Part shown: positions 10,011-20,339 of the stretch, one piece after another | Layout: the number at the start of each line of letters is the position of its first letter | Position numbering within the stretch: position 1 is the stretch's first letter | Virus record (IMG/VR): IMGVR_UViG_3300025121_000056 | Location: 1 to 63,479 of that record | DNA: 63,479 nucleotides | Strand: one strand, 5' to 3' | Source: a virus | Taxonomy: Duplodnaviria; Caudoviricetes | Position numbers and translations under genes: made by a program | The notes under the pieces: generated by a model | What the model was told of the DNA's origin: nothing | What the model saw: only the letters and a program-made list of their open reading frames with translations | Database searches by the model: none

Positions 10011-10669
10011 TGGCGAACAATCCTAAACTTGAAAGAATATCAGTTGAATTAGCAAAGATAATGAATGATGCCGTAACATCCGCGGATGTTGCAATCACAA
10101 CCGGAGATCAGAATGGAGTAGTTTATTCTGCTCTTGCAAGAATGATGGCAATTAATAAAGCTATGTTCAAACTATTTAATGATGTTTGGTCAAAGTCTGG
10201 TGGCAATAAACAAATGTTCGCTGGTGTGTTCCCGGAGTTGGTAGTTTTGAGAGCAATTACTACAACAGCAAGTTCAACTTATGTTATTGCTACACCGAAC
10301 TTAGATTATTTCCAATTACTTGATGCAGTTGTAAATAGCATTCAAGCCGAACCGATGCCTTCTCATCTTTATCTTACAGTAAAAAGTGGTAGGACTATAC
10401 AAGCTAAAGGAAGTGCTACAATTCCAATGGTAGTTGAAATAGGCGGAACTATTTATATCTTACCGGATAATGCTGCATTCCAGAGTAAAGCGAGTGAGAT
10501 TACTTTTATCAGACAACCATTAGATAAAACACAAGGATGTTTCTTATCAATGACGAATGGCAGTACAGGTGGGAATACTGAAGATTCACCATTTCTTGAT
10601 CAATGGAACAGTACCATAGCAAAATATGCTGAAAATATTTTAAGGTATGAAGCAAAAGAGACGGAGTAA
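10010..10669 (+). CDS. Head-tail adaptor or tail ring protein paralog
   Basis: Gene position; 'GGTIYILP...ITFIRQP' matches the neighbouring paralogs. Confidence 0.55.
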   Translation: MANNPKLERISVELAKIMNDAVTSADVAITTGDQNGVVYSALARMMAINKAMFKLFNDVWSKSGGNKQMFAGVFPELVVLRAITTTASSTYVIATPNLDYFQLLDAVVNSIQAEPMPSHLYLTVKSGRTIQAKGSATIPMVVEIGGTIYILPDNAAFQSKASEITFIRQPLDKTQGCFLSMTNGSTGGNTEDSPFLDQWNSTIAKYAENILRYEAKETE

Positions 10670-10672
10670 ACG

Positions 10673-11314
10673 ATGAACTCAAAAGATTGGACGTTAGCCG
10701 ATGCTCTCGGTTTTTTGAGAGTATTAACTAATCAAATAGATGTTAGTAAAGTAGGAAGTAATTTTATTATAGATGCTTTACATTCTTCTTTATCAGAAGT
10801 TATGCAATATTTAAGCGTTGCTAAGATATTTGACTATGGGATAAAGACTACATTATCGGCATCTGTTTCGGGTGATTATGCAACTGCAAGTCTTACCGGA
10901 TTTACAACTAACCCTGTGAACAAAATTGTTAAGATTGTTGATTCTGCTCAAGCGGTAGGTAAAAGACTTTGTGTTGAAGTTACTCAAGAACAATTTGATA
11001 ATTTGAAAAATATTATTCAGAATACGACAGGCACAATTTTTTGGGCGAGAAATGGAAATGATATTAACCTTTATAGCGGTGATTTAACTATAAGTGCATC
11101 TTTAGAGTTTTGGTATATCGGTTACCCGAAGAAGATCACCACTACAACAGATTACTTTGAGATTAAAGATCCATACATGGGTTTGGTGCTTGCAAAAACA
11201 AAATTAAAAATTTATGAAATTCTACAATCTTCACCACCAGATTCAATCAATCAAGGTGTAAATAGTAAAATCGCCTTATTGAGAAACGCTAGTATTCAAG
11301 AACAAGCAAATTAA
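10673..11314 (+). CDS. Head-tail adaptor or tail ring protein paralog
   Basis: Clearly paralogous to 11324 (SKDWTLADALGFLRVLTNQI vs SKQWTVERAIGFLRILVNQI). Confidence 0.6.
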   Translation: MNSKDWTLADALGFLRVLTNQIDVSKVGSNFIIDALHSSLSEVMQYLSVAKIFDYGIKTTLSASVSGDYATASLTGFTTNPVNKIVKIVDSAQAVGKRLCVEVTQEQFDNLKNIIQNTTGTIFWARNGNDINLYSGDLTISASLEFWYIGYPKKITTTTDYFEIKDPYMGLVLAKTKLKIYEILQSSPPDSINQGVNSKIALLRNASIQEQAN

Positions 11315-11323
11315 GGTGATATT

Positions 11324-12091
11324 ATGTCAACAGTTTATACTTCAAAACAATGGACGGTAGAAAGAGCAATAGGATTTTTACGCATACTTGTGAATCAAAT
11401 TGCACCCAATAAACTACAAACACTTCCTTTGATTGATTATGTAAATGTTGCAACACAAGATTTAGTAGCGATGCTAGATGAACAGACAAAGAAAGAAGAT
11501 TATGGGAAAAGTCTTACGATTAAAGATAGTGCGAGTGGTGCGGATCAAGTAGAGTTATTGGTTGATGGTTCTCCTTTCTTAACTGCTTCAGCAGATATAT
11601 CCGTAGATGCTTCGGCTGCAAAATTAAGAATAGATCAGATCACAAGTCTTTCATATACACCAAAGGCCGGGGGTTCATTTCCACAACCGGCAATATTCAC
11701 AAGTCCGTTAGAATTTGATAATCTTTTGGCCGTTCCCCAAAAGAATTCAGAAATGTATTGGTTCCAATTCGGGGAAAAACTTTATTTTCTTAATAGATAC
11801 GAGACAGTAGTTTTAGTAACGGATTGGGGAACTTTCAAGGTTTATTATAATCGTTTCCCGGTAAAATTAGCCGTTGATACTGCCGATCATTTAGGAGATA
11901 CTTTGGACGTAAGGGATGCTTTTGTAGATCAAATGTTGGCTATGGCAAAAATGAACATCTATGAAGAACTAAGAATGACACCACCAGAATCATTGACTAA
12001 TTCTATCCAGGCCGGAATACAAAGTATAAAAGACAGTCTGATGGTTGAAACGCAAATATTAAATGAAAAATCAAAAAAAGATAAATCTTAA
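11324..12091 (+). CDS. Head-tail adaptor or tail ring protein paralog
   Basis: Paralog of 10673; shared 'K..IYE.L...PP.S' C-terminus. Confidence 0.6.
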   Translation: MSTVYTSKQWTVERAIGFLRILVNQIAPNKLQTLPLIDYVNVATQDLVAMLDEQTKKEDYGKSLTIKDSASGADQVELLVDGSPFLTASADISVDASAAKLRIDQITSLSYTPKAGGSFPQPAIFTSPLEFDNLLAVPQKNSEMYWFQFGEKLYFLNRYETVVLVTDWGTFKVYYNRFPVKLAVDTADHLGDTLDVRDAFVDQMLAMAKMNIYEELRMTPPESLTNSIQAGIQSIKDSLMVETQILNEKSKKDKS

Positions 12092-14592
12092 TGTGGAAAG
12101 AGCGCGAAATAAATGGGTTCTTGGGTATCTCAACAAAACGGAAACCTCAGATAAACGAGTGTGCCGATTGTTCTAATATTGAACTTAGAGACACAAACGG
12201 AGATATGCTTAGTGCCGTTACGCCGGTTTCTTTTCTTATACAACCAGATTTTACCTCAGAAGGTTTTACCTTAGTAGCCAATCTTGGTTTTACAACTCAT
12301 GTATTTTCGCAATTAGGTGGAGTTACAAAAGAAGTTACTTTCTATTTCCAGAGAGGGACCGTTGGTGGCTATCCACATATAGCAATAGGAATGTACCCTT
12401 GGTATTATCCGGCTGGTGGCAGTTGGTCTAACGATTGGCGATGGTTGAATAAGATTGTAGTCACAACAGTTGCATCATTAAGTGGCACTTATGGATTGCA
12501 TTTAACAAACGACATATCATTAGAAGACTATTCTTTTGGTGCTATCTATAATGTTACACAGGGCATTTGGGCTGCTATAACAAGCACAGTTTCGGGCACG
12601 CCGGGGACGGTAAATACAACAAATAATGTCACAAGTTCATCTTGGGTCGGGAATACTGTGATTATAATGCGCAACTATGAACCTTTCGGCGTTGCGGGTG
12701 CATATTATACCGCCAAAAGTTCAATAGCATTAGCAGATTTGGCTTTTCATAGAGTATTAAATGAGTTAAGAATAGGGTTTGGATCTGTTCTCGATCGGTT
12801 GGCTGTTGGTATAGGTCACAAGAAAAAATATTTCCAAATAGACACTTTAACAAGTGGAGACACTCTTACAAATGTGAATAATCTTGATAATATTATTCTC
12901 GATCCATATAATATTATTTCAGATAGTGGGACGTTCAGCTTGGCTACATCTTCTGATGTCGAGGTTGCAAGCACCACTGCGTTAGGTTTCCCTCCCGCTT
13001 ATTATTGTCATTTAACTATGACTGCAATCTTAGATGATTTTAATGAATTTGTAGTTTATCAATCAGCATCGGGAATATCTGCTCATGCTGTTACCGGGCA
13101 TCTTGCTATCAAACCTACGATCCGTTTTGCTACGATGAATAAAAGAGTTACTAAGATTAGAATTTGGTTAGCTTTAAGTCCCACGTCAACAAGAACAGAA
13201 GATTATAAACTTATTAAAGAAATAGATGTTTCAAAATCAACAGCTATTGGCAGCGGGGTTCTTTGGACTTTGGGCTCAGATGGACTTTTGATTTTGACAA
13301 ATGTATTAACACTATATGCAAGCGGATACTTCCAAGCTGATTACGCTGCTTACAAAGGTAACACAGAAACACAAGGATTACTTTTAAGTGCAACTTTAGG
13401 ATATACTCCAACACTTCAATATGCTTCCTCTTGGGATCAGGCATTGGTTAGTGAGGGTGCAACCTATTTACTCAATCCATATATAGACAAGATTTGGAAA
13501 AATTTTATAATGAATTCTCCTATTTCCGGTGCGGGTGCGCCACAATACGATGTTATTTCTGCGGAGAATTATAAAAGTTTAGATACAAAAGATGGTAATG
13601 ATATAGTAGGGATGGAATTAAATTCTAACCAAAACTTTTCCATAATAAGAAATAATGGTTATCATCAATACGATCCGGTTAATCAAATCCCTTCTCAAGT
13701 TATAAATGGAATAGGAGGTACTTCAAGATTAGGAATAGTAAATCAAAATGGTGCGATATTTTTCCCTTCGCAATTTGATTATTATATAATTCAAGGTAAT
13801 CAAAATAAAAACATTTCTGAAGACACAATAAGAGATGCGTATAGATCATTTACTAAATCAAATATCCTCGGTGCAAAAGAGAATTTTGGTAATTCAATAA
13901 TAATGTATGCACCCACAGAAAATAAATGGTACACATTTATACCGGGCAAGGGGTGGATAATTCTTTCTTATACAACACCTTCCTATTTTGGCAATTCGTA
14001 TGATGGCACTCTTCTATTTATGAATAATGCTGGTAATATTTGGAAATATGATCCGCTTAAAAAAGTTCATGCTGTAGCGAATACATCTACTTGGACTTCT
14101 ATTCCAATAGATATTGCTCTATTAGGTGAAGGAATAACTTCAGATGATAGGTTTATAGTTGGTAGTATTTGGATGAAATATTCCAGTTCAAGAGCAATTA
14201 CTATGCAGATAAGTTATGATGGTGGATTATTTGGAAGTGATCGTACATTCCCTTTGACACAAACAGCTTTAACAAGCGGGAGTTTAGTAGTAGGGCAAAA
14301 ATACATAATAAGCAAATTTGTTGCGGGAGATAGTTTTACAAATGTTGGTGCTTCTTCAAATGCAACCGGAATAGAGTTTACTGCAACTGGAACGACACCT
14401 ACAACTTGGACTAATGCAAGCGAACTTACACCAGTTACTTTTGCGACACCCACAAAAAGATTCACGTCGGGGAGGAATTGCAAATCTTTCCAATTAAAAC
14501 TTAGTTGTATCCCATCGGGAGATGATGTTAGAACAAGAATTTGCGCCATTGGAATTAATTGGCAAACATTTAAGACTGGATTGTTCAGATGA
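12091..14592 (+). CDS. Tail nozzle / stabilization protein (podovirus tail tubular B-like)
   Basis: 833 aa; N-terminal 'FLGIS...NE..DCSNIEL', beta-propeller-like C-terminal half, 'GRNCKSFQLKLS' ending. Confidence 0.65.
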   Translation: MWKEREINGFLGISTKRKPQINECADCSNIELRDTNGDMLSAVTPVSFLIQPDFTSEGFTLVANLGFTTHVFSQLGGVTKEVTFYFQRGTVGGYPHIAIGMYPWYYPAGGSWSNDWRWLNKIVVTTVASLSGTYGLHLTNDISLEDYSFGAIYNVTQGIWAAITSTVSGTPGTVNTTNNVTSSSWVGNTVIIMRNYEPFGVAGAYYTAKSSIALADLAFHRVLNELRIGFGSVLDRLAVGIGHKKKYFQIDTLTSGDTLTNVNNLDNIILDPYNIISDSGTFSLATSSDVEVASTTALGFPPAYYCHLTMTAILDDFNEFVVYQSASGISAHAVTGHLAIKPTIRFATMNKRVTKIRIWLALSPTSTRTEDYKLIKEIDVSKSTAIGSGVLWTLGSDGLLILTNVLTLYASGYFQADYAAYKGNTETQGLLLSATLGYTPTLQYASSWDQALVSEGATYLLNPYIDKIWKNFIMNSPISGAGAPQYDVISAENYKSLDTKDGNDIVGMELNSNQNFSIIRNNGYHQYDPVNQIPSQVINGIGGTSRLGIVNQNGAIFFPSQFDYYIIQGNQNKNISEDTIRDAYRSFTKSNILGAKENFGNSIIMYAPTENKWYTFIPGKGWIILSYTTPSYFGNSYDGTLLFMNNAGNIWKYDPLKKVHAVANTSTWTSIPIDIALLGEGITSDDRFIVGSIWMKYSSSRAITMQISYDGGLFGSDRTFPLTQTALTSGSLVVGQKYIISKFVAGDSFTNVGASSNATGIEFTATGTTPTTWTNASELTPVTFATPTKRFTSGRNCKSFQLKLSCIPSGDDVRTRICAIGINWQTFKTGLFR

Positions 14593-15170
14593 TAGGAACT
14601 TATATAAAACGTGATAAAGGAAGTTTATTCCGTTCGGAGAATCTTGATGATTTGAAAAATTCATTAGAGGAGGATTTTGATAATATTGTTACAATGACTA
14701 ACCGCGCATTGAGAACAAAAGAAGATCAAACAGGAAAGGTAGCTACACAAGTTACGGAAATAGGACAGACGGCATCTTTGGTATCAAAGGAAAGCAACTT
14801 AGAGAGGTTAATTTATGGCGGAGAGAACAGAACAATTATCAGACCGATTATAGCGACAGACACGGTTTTATTTTTGACGAAGATAGAGCCGGGTGATATA
14901 ATTAAAGGAATAACAGTAATTACAAAAACTATTGATAATGGAATAACAGATTTTAAGGTTAATGACGGTGCAAATGATTTATGCGATTTAAGAGATATTG
15001 ATACTTCAATTACCTCGGCACAAACTCCGGCAAGAGCTATGTGGATTGAATATACAGATTATAAAAGTTTAACACTTTACTTGGCGGGTGCAACTACTTT
15101 TGTAGGGTTAATAGTAATTGAGATTTTAAGAAAACCAATACAGTATTTTAATACAAAATCCGGAAGATGA
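14589..15170 (+). CDS. Tail-associated protein
   Basis: ATGA-coupled between the nozzle and fibre genes. Confidence 0.5.
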   Translation: MIGTYIKRDKGSLFRSENLDDLKNSLEEDFDNIVTMTNRALRTKEDQTGKVATQVTEIGQTASLVSKESNLERLIYGGENRTIIRPIIATDTVLFLTKIEPGDIIKGITVITKTIDNGITDFKVNDGANDLCDLRDIDTSITSAQTPARAMWIEYTDYKSLTLYLAGATTFVGLIVIEILRKPIQYFNTKSGR

Positions 15171-17878
15171 TGAAGAAGATGTTTTTAATATTGTTTTTTG
15201 TCAGTTCGCTTTTATTCGCGACTATTCCGAGTACGCCAACTCTTGTGTTGCCGTCTGCAAATGCAACGGAAATAGCAATTAGTTCTTACACCTTTAAGTG
15301 GAATACAAGTACGGGGACACCTACAAGTTATCATATTCAAATTTCTATGGTATCTAACTTTTCTTATTACACTCTTAGAGATTCGGCGTTAACAGATACA
15401 CTCAAAGCGGTAACAACTCTTTCAGCAAACACAAAATACTTCTGGAGAGTAAGAGCAAAGAATGGCGATGGGATTAGTGCTTGGTCAACAGTAAGAAGTT
15501 TTACAACAATAATAACTTTACCAATTAGACCGGCATTAACTGCTGGTAATGGAACGAATGAAAAGTTTTTCAGAATGGGAAAACTTGCACCTTATGTCGC
15601 GTGGGATTCAACAACAGCAACGAGGGGATATTATTTTATTGATTCAACAGTAACACCGCACGATACTCTTTATTGGGGCAAGATAAATCTTAACGATGAT
15701 TACACTTGGTATGGTAAGCATACTTTTAAGAATATAGTAACATTTGACAGCACAATGGTGCTTGATTCTGCTCAGTATTTTGGTTCAAATAATTTCACTA
15801 GTGGATTTGGTGGTTTGGGATGGAAATTAGATTATGGATTATCTGAAGTTGCAAAGTCAAATTTAGAGTTTGATAATCTTATAGTTAGAGGCAGACTTTC
15901 TGTTTATGAATTATTGGTCAGACAGATAAGAGCAACAAACGGAGCGATATTTGTTACTGCTTCGGCAAAGGTATCTAATGTAGTCGGGACTACTGTTACA
16001 TTCTACGACCCAAGTTATACAGGCACAACTTATATGTGCCCTTTTGCTGCGGGTGATTTACTTCAGGTCCAGAGATTTCGGCCTGATGGTACTACTGTAA
16101 TAAAATTATCGAAAGCAACTGTTTCAAGTGTATCTGGTGCGGATGCTATTGTAGTTTGGAATACAGGCACTTTCGCAATCGGTGATGAAGTTGTAAGAAT
16201 TGGTAATACAACAGATGCTTCAAGACAAAATTCAATTTATCTCACTTCAGATGATAGTAATTCTCCATTTATGGATATGACATCGGGGGTTAATAGTTGG
16301 ACAGCTTGGGGTTCTTCTGATAAAACAAAATTAAGATTAGGAAATTTGAACGGCACTTATGGTTACGCTTCGGCTCATTATGGATTAGCAATCGGTAAAT
16401 ATAGTAGTAATTTTACGAATGTTACGGTAGATACTGTAAATGGTTTTAGAATAAGGAATTATACAACAACTTTAGGGCAGTGGGCTAATGATGGCAGTAT
16501 AACAGTTGGAGAGGTTGGGGCTTCAAAATCCAATGTAATTATTTCCAGTAATGCAGTTAAGTTAAGAACTAATACAACTGATAAATTGGTTTTGAATACA
16601 GACGGCTCGATAACTTTGGGCGAAGTTGCTTCTGGTAAAAATAATATTTTAATTAATGCTGATTCACTTTCTTTAAGAACAAACACAACTTCTAATATTA
16701 CTTTGGCAAGCGGTGGTACTGGATATTTTAGAGGTAATATTACTTCAACTGCTACTATCACTGGTGGGACGATACAAACGGCTACGAGTGGTGCAAGAGT
16801 AGTAATTAATTCGACTGGTTCGAGTAATGATATTAAAATTTACGATGCATCGGCTTTAGCTGGGACAATATCGGCTGCAAGTGGAGTTGTAAATATTGAT
16901 GGACATGTTTCTGTTTTTGGGAACACTATCCGTTCCTATGTAACTGGCGGAGACGTTCTTTTAAGCGGGACACTCAACAGATGTGCAATCAATTTTGAAG
17001 ACATGCATCAAGGATATGATTCTGATGCTAATTATTATTTTGCAAAACTTGGCGGAACGGCAATAGACAGTAAAGTGGGATTGTATCTTGGTTCAAGCGC
17101 AACCGCTACTCCGACTTATGATGTTAATTTATATAGAAGTGGCGCAAATGTATTAACCACCGATGACACTTTTGATGCTTTAGCATTACAGATTGGTGTT
17201 TCAAAGTTTCTTGTTAATCCTACTGGTCAAATCACTAAAGTAAATAACATATTAGCTTCTTCTGTAACTGGACAATATCTTAAAAGTGATGGAACAAGTT
17301 TTACTCCGACTGCATTTGCTGGTGTAACTGGTTCTGGTACAATAAATGAACTCGCCTATTGGACTTCTTCAAGCGCAATAGGAACATTAGCGGTCGCTAC
17401 CTATCCGTCTTTGACAGAATTATCTTACGTGAAGGGATTAACGAGTTCTGCACAAACACAGATCGGCACAAAGCAACCACAACTAAATGGAACTGGATTT
17501 GTAAAAGCAAGTGGGACTACTATCTCCTACGATAATTCGACTTATACAACCTTAGCCACAGTTGTAGCAGCAACAAATACTTGGACCGCGGAAAACTCGT
17601 TTGATAAATTTAAGTTAAATGCAGAAGTATCTCATTCGGTAACTGGAACTGGCAATTATAGTTGCACGGATAAGAATGTGATTATACTTACACCTACAGC
17701 TTCGGGATATACCGCAAGTTTAACTGGACTATCAATCAACAGACCGATATTAGTTTTGAACGGAAGCGGGACTTATACAGTAACAGTAAATTCCACTACT
17801 GGCGGAAAGTTGTTAGCAGTTTACGGAACAGCTTGGATTATGTATAACGGAACGACAGGAGTAACTTATGTATTATAA
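15167..17878 (+). CDS. Tail fibre-like protein with N-terminal signal peptide and Fn3 domain
   Basis: Hydrophobic leader; Fn3 'W....GTPTSYHIQ...TKYFWRVRAKN..G.SAWS'; 'FTSGFGGLGWKLD...EFDNLIVRGRLSVYELL' tail motif; Thr/Ser/Gly-rich. Confidence 0.75.
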   Translation: MMKKMFLILFFVSSLLFATIPSTPTLVLPSANATEIAISSYTFKWNTSTGTPTSYHIQISMVSNFSYYTLRDSALTDTLKAVTTLSANTKYFWRVRAKNGDGISAWSTVRSFTTIITLPIRPALTAGNGTNEKFFRMGKLAPYVAWDSTTATRGYYFIDSTVTPHDTLYWGKINLNDDYTWYGKHTFKNIVTFDSTMVLDSAQYFGSNNFTSGFGGLGWKLDYGLSEVAKSNLEFDNLIVRGRLSVYELLVRQIRATNGAIFVTASAKVSNVVGTTVTFYDPSYTGTTYMCPFAAGDLLQVQRFRPDGTTVIKLSKATVSSVSGADAIVVWNTGTFAIGDEVVRIGNTTDASRQNSIYLTSDDSNSPFMDMTSGVNSWTAWGSSDKTKLRLGNLNGTYGYASAHYGLAIGKYSSNFTNVTVDTVNGFRIRNYTTTLGQWANDGSITVGEVGASKSNVIISSNAVKLRTNTTDKLVLNTDGSITLGEVASGKNNILINADSLSLRTNTTSNITLASGGTGYFRGNITSTATITGGTIQTATSGARVVINSTGSSNDIKIYDASALAGTISAASGVVNIDGHVSVFGNTIRSYVTGGDVLLSGTLNRCAINFEDMHQGYDSDANYYFAKLGGTAIDSKVGLYLGSSATATPTYDVNLYRSGANVLTTDDTFDALALQIGVSKFLVNPTGQITKVNNILASSVTGQYLKSDGTSFTPTAFAGVTGSGTINELAYWTSSSAIGTLAVATYPSLTELSYVKGLTSSAQTQIGTKQPQLNGTGFVKASGTTISYDNSTYTTLATVVAATNTWTAENSFDKFKLNAEVSHSVTGTGNYSCTDKNVIILTPTASGYTASLTGLSINRPILVLNGSGTYTVTVNSTTGGKLLAVYGTAWIMYNGTTGVTYVL

Positions 17879-17887
17879 GGGATTAAT

Positions 17888-18475
17888 ATGACTGGAATAT
17901 GTTTACCAAACGAGAAGATGTACTTAGACAAAAGAGTGCAAGAATATATCTTGGATAACTTTGAAGGAATTTCTTTTGCTGGAATACAAGAGGGATATAG
18001 TTTTTACTTAGAGAATAAAAAGATTTTGAATAAAAGTTTGAGCTTAAACGGTTCAATAATGGATAAAAGTTTACGATGCTATTTAGACGAACCCGTGAGT
18101 AACCCTAATAACGACAATAAAGATTTAGACGGGATATTAAAAAAGTTTCCGCATGCAATTATAGGCGAGCTTGAAAAAGACATTATGCTTGATCTCAAAA
18201 AGAAATATCCGCGTGCTTCATTGACTTACACAGCGTATAGAGAATGGTGGTTTAAGATATTTGGATGTAGAATTTATAAATGGTGGAAAGATCAATCGGG
18301 AGTTTGGAGTTGGATGTTCGGGAACATGAAGACAGAAATACTTTGGGTGAATTTAACCCTTAATAATAACATAAAAGATTTATCAAAGACTGCTAAAAGC
18401 TATAACAAAGAATTGTGGCTTTATGTAGAGTATAGTTTAACAGTAGAAGAATTTCTAAAAAAGATTTCAAACTAA
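17888..18475 (+). CDS. Hypothetical protein
   Basis: 195-aa ORF with RBS. Confidence 0.55.
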   Translation: MTGICLPNEKMYLDKRVQEYILDNFEGISFAGIQEGYSFYLENKKILNKSLSLNGSIMDKSLRCYLDEPVSNPNNDNKDLDGILKKFPHAIIGELEKDIMLDLKKKYPRASLTYTAYREWWFKIFGCRIYKWWKDQSGVWSWMFGNMKTEILWVNLTLNNNIKDLSKTAKSYNKELWLYVEYSLTVEEFLKKISN

Positions 18476-18511
18476 TGAAGAATAAAAATTCAAATACAGT
18501 CGAGGTAAATT

Positions 18512-19201
18512 ATGGGAAGCGGAGATTATAAGTTACTTTATAATGATCTATTTAGTAAAGATCCAACAATAACTAATAGATTTAATAACTATAAGATGCC
18601 GTTTAGTTATTCAGATATGTCCGGTGTATTGGACAATCTTTTCAACCAACAAAGCGGGATGCTTACAAGAAACGCTGCTAATTCAGTTCAGAGAGGACAA
18701 AAAGATGCTGCCTCAAGGATGGCTGCTGAAGGCATTACTGGAGGGAGTGTTTACAACAATCAGATAAACAAAGTTACAGACAGCACAAACCAAAGTTTTG
18801 CCGATGCTTTAGAGCAACTTGGACTTGGCAGACTTGGGATGGATGCCGGATTGATGCAACAAGAAAACCAAAATCAATTTGGTATAACAAATGCAGCAAG
18901 CGGAATAGACCGCGGGAATGCGAACGCTTGGATGAATAGGGCTTCTGGATTAAATAGTATTCTTGGTGGTATGCAACAGGCTCAAGAATATGAAGATCAA
19001 AAACCAACTTGGTTAGATGATGTGATGAGTGGATTAGGTGATATAGGTTCGTTAGCTGCTGATTTTGCCCCATATTTATTAGCACCTGCAACTGGCGGAG
19101 CGTCTTTGTTGGCTAGTCCAATAATGGGCTCTCTAAAAAATAAAACAACTAATTCTAATCCTCAATTCAAAAACGGGGGATTAGGCAACTTTGGTTATTA
19201 A
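18512..19201 (+). CDS. Probable DNA ejection / pilot protein
   Basis: Gly/Ala/Gln/Asn-rich; 'MAAEGITGGSV', 'LAPATGGASL'; sits before the large internal proteins. Confidence 0.6.
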   Translation: MGSGDYKLLYNDLFSKDPTITNRFNNYKMPFSYSDMSGVLDNLFNQQSGMLTRNAANSVQRGQKDAASRMAAEGITGGSVYNNQINKVTDSTNQSFADALEQLGLGRLGMDAGLMQQENQNQFGITNAASGIDRGNANAWMNRASGLNSILGGMQQAQEYEDQKPTWLDDVMSGLGDIGSLAADFAPYLLAPATGGASLLASPIMGSLKNKTTNSNPQFKNGGLGNFGY

Positions 19202-19216
19202 GGACAAGAGGTTTTT

Positions 19217-20317
19217 ATGAGCGGACAATATTATCGAGCCAAGGCTAGGACTGGCGGACTTGCTGCTGCGTTAGAGCCGGTGGCTAATTTATTCAAAGCT
19301 ATCCAAGACCAGAAACGAAAAGAACAATGGATAAAAGATGTTCAAAATGTTAAAGGACAATTAGACAAAGGTTATGGTGATATAGACAACGCTACTCAAG
19401 AGCAGAATTTTACAACTGCTAATCCAGCATATACTCCATATTCAGAACCGGATTCAAATATTCCCATAAATATTTTCAGTAATAAACCAATAGATTTTGC
19501 TAGACCACAAAACAATGAAATGGTAACGGCTCCAACCTTTAACGAGAAGAGAAATGTTCCTTTATCAGATGTGCAGAAATATAATAAAGCCCAAGAATTA
19601 GGCAACAAAACTGCATGGGATATACTTATGAACCACGGCACAAAGGACTACGGGGATAATAATATACTTAGGCAGTTGATGGGAGAAGTTAACCAACGCA
19701 CGGAACAATTCAGACCAAAACCAACTGAGTGGAGAACATTAGCCCCGGGAGCTACAAGCGAAGAATACGATTATCTTGGTAATCCGACTGGACGTAAAAG
19801 AACTAATCCCAAAGAAGAAGCTGCTAAGAACCCATATACCAAAGTGAGCAGAGATGGCTATTATATGATTTGGGATGATAAAACTAAGGGATTTGTGAAG
19901 ACAAAAGAAAAAGCACCGGCGAAAGAATATTTAACTGATAAACAAATAAACGGCGATAGTTCTTCAGAAAAGGATAAATCCCCAATAGATATTTCAAAAG
20001 AATTAATAGATTTAGAATCGAATTGGAATAATTTGCAAGTTATAAGAAAAATGCCCGATGACCAGGAAGATAGCGATGGATATACCACCAAAGATAAGAG
20101 AGAAATATTATATGGTAACATAAAAGCACAAACCGATGGATTAGCGAATAAGATTAATAGCAAGTATCCAGGATTTGAAGAAATATATAATTTGCTTTTC
20201 CAGAACCCAAAGATGAAAGCGGGTAAGGTTGATGAAGTAGTCGAAGAAACGATGAAAGGCGCACCCTCAGAAACTAAAAATTGGATGAAGAAGATACTGA
20301 ACAAAAGAGTTTTCTAA
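19217..20317 (+). CDS. Probable internal virion / ejection protein
   Basis: Position between the pilot-like and giant proteins. Confidence 0.5.
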   Translation: MSGQYYRAKARTGGLAAALEPVANLFKAIQDQKRKEQWIKDVQNVKGQLDKGYGDIDNATQEQNFTTANPAYTPYSEPDSNIPINIFSNKPIDFARPQNNEMVTAPTFNEKRNVPLSDVQKYNKAQELGNKTAWDILMNHGTKDYGDNNILRQLMGEVNQRTEQFRPKPTEWRTLAPGATSEEYDYLGNPTGRKRTNPKEEAAKNPYTKVSRDGYYMIWDDKTKGFVKTKEKAPAKEYLTDKQINGDSSSEKDKSPIDISKELIDLESNWNNLQVIRKMPDDQEDSDGYTTKDKREILYGNIKAQTDGLANKINSKYPGFEEIYNLLFQNPKMKAGKVDEVVEETMKGAPSETKNWMKKILNKRVF

Positions 20318-20339
20318 TATTCTTTTCTGGAAATTATAA

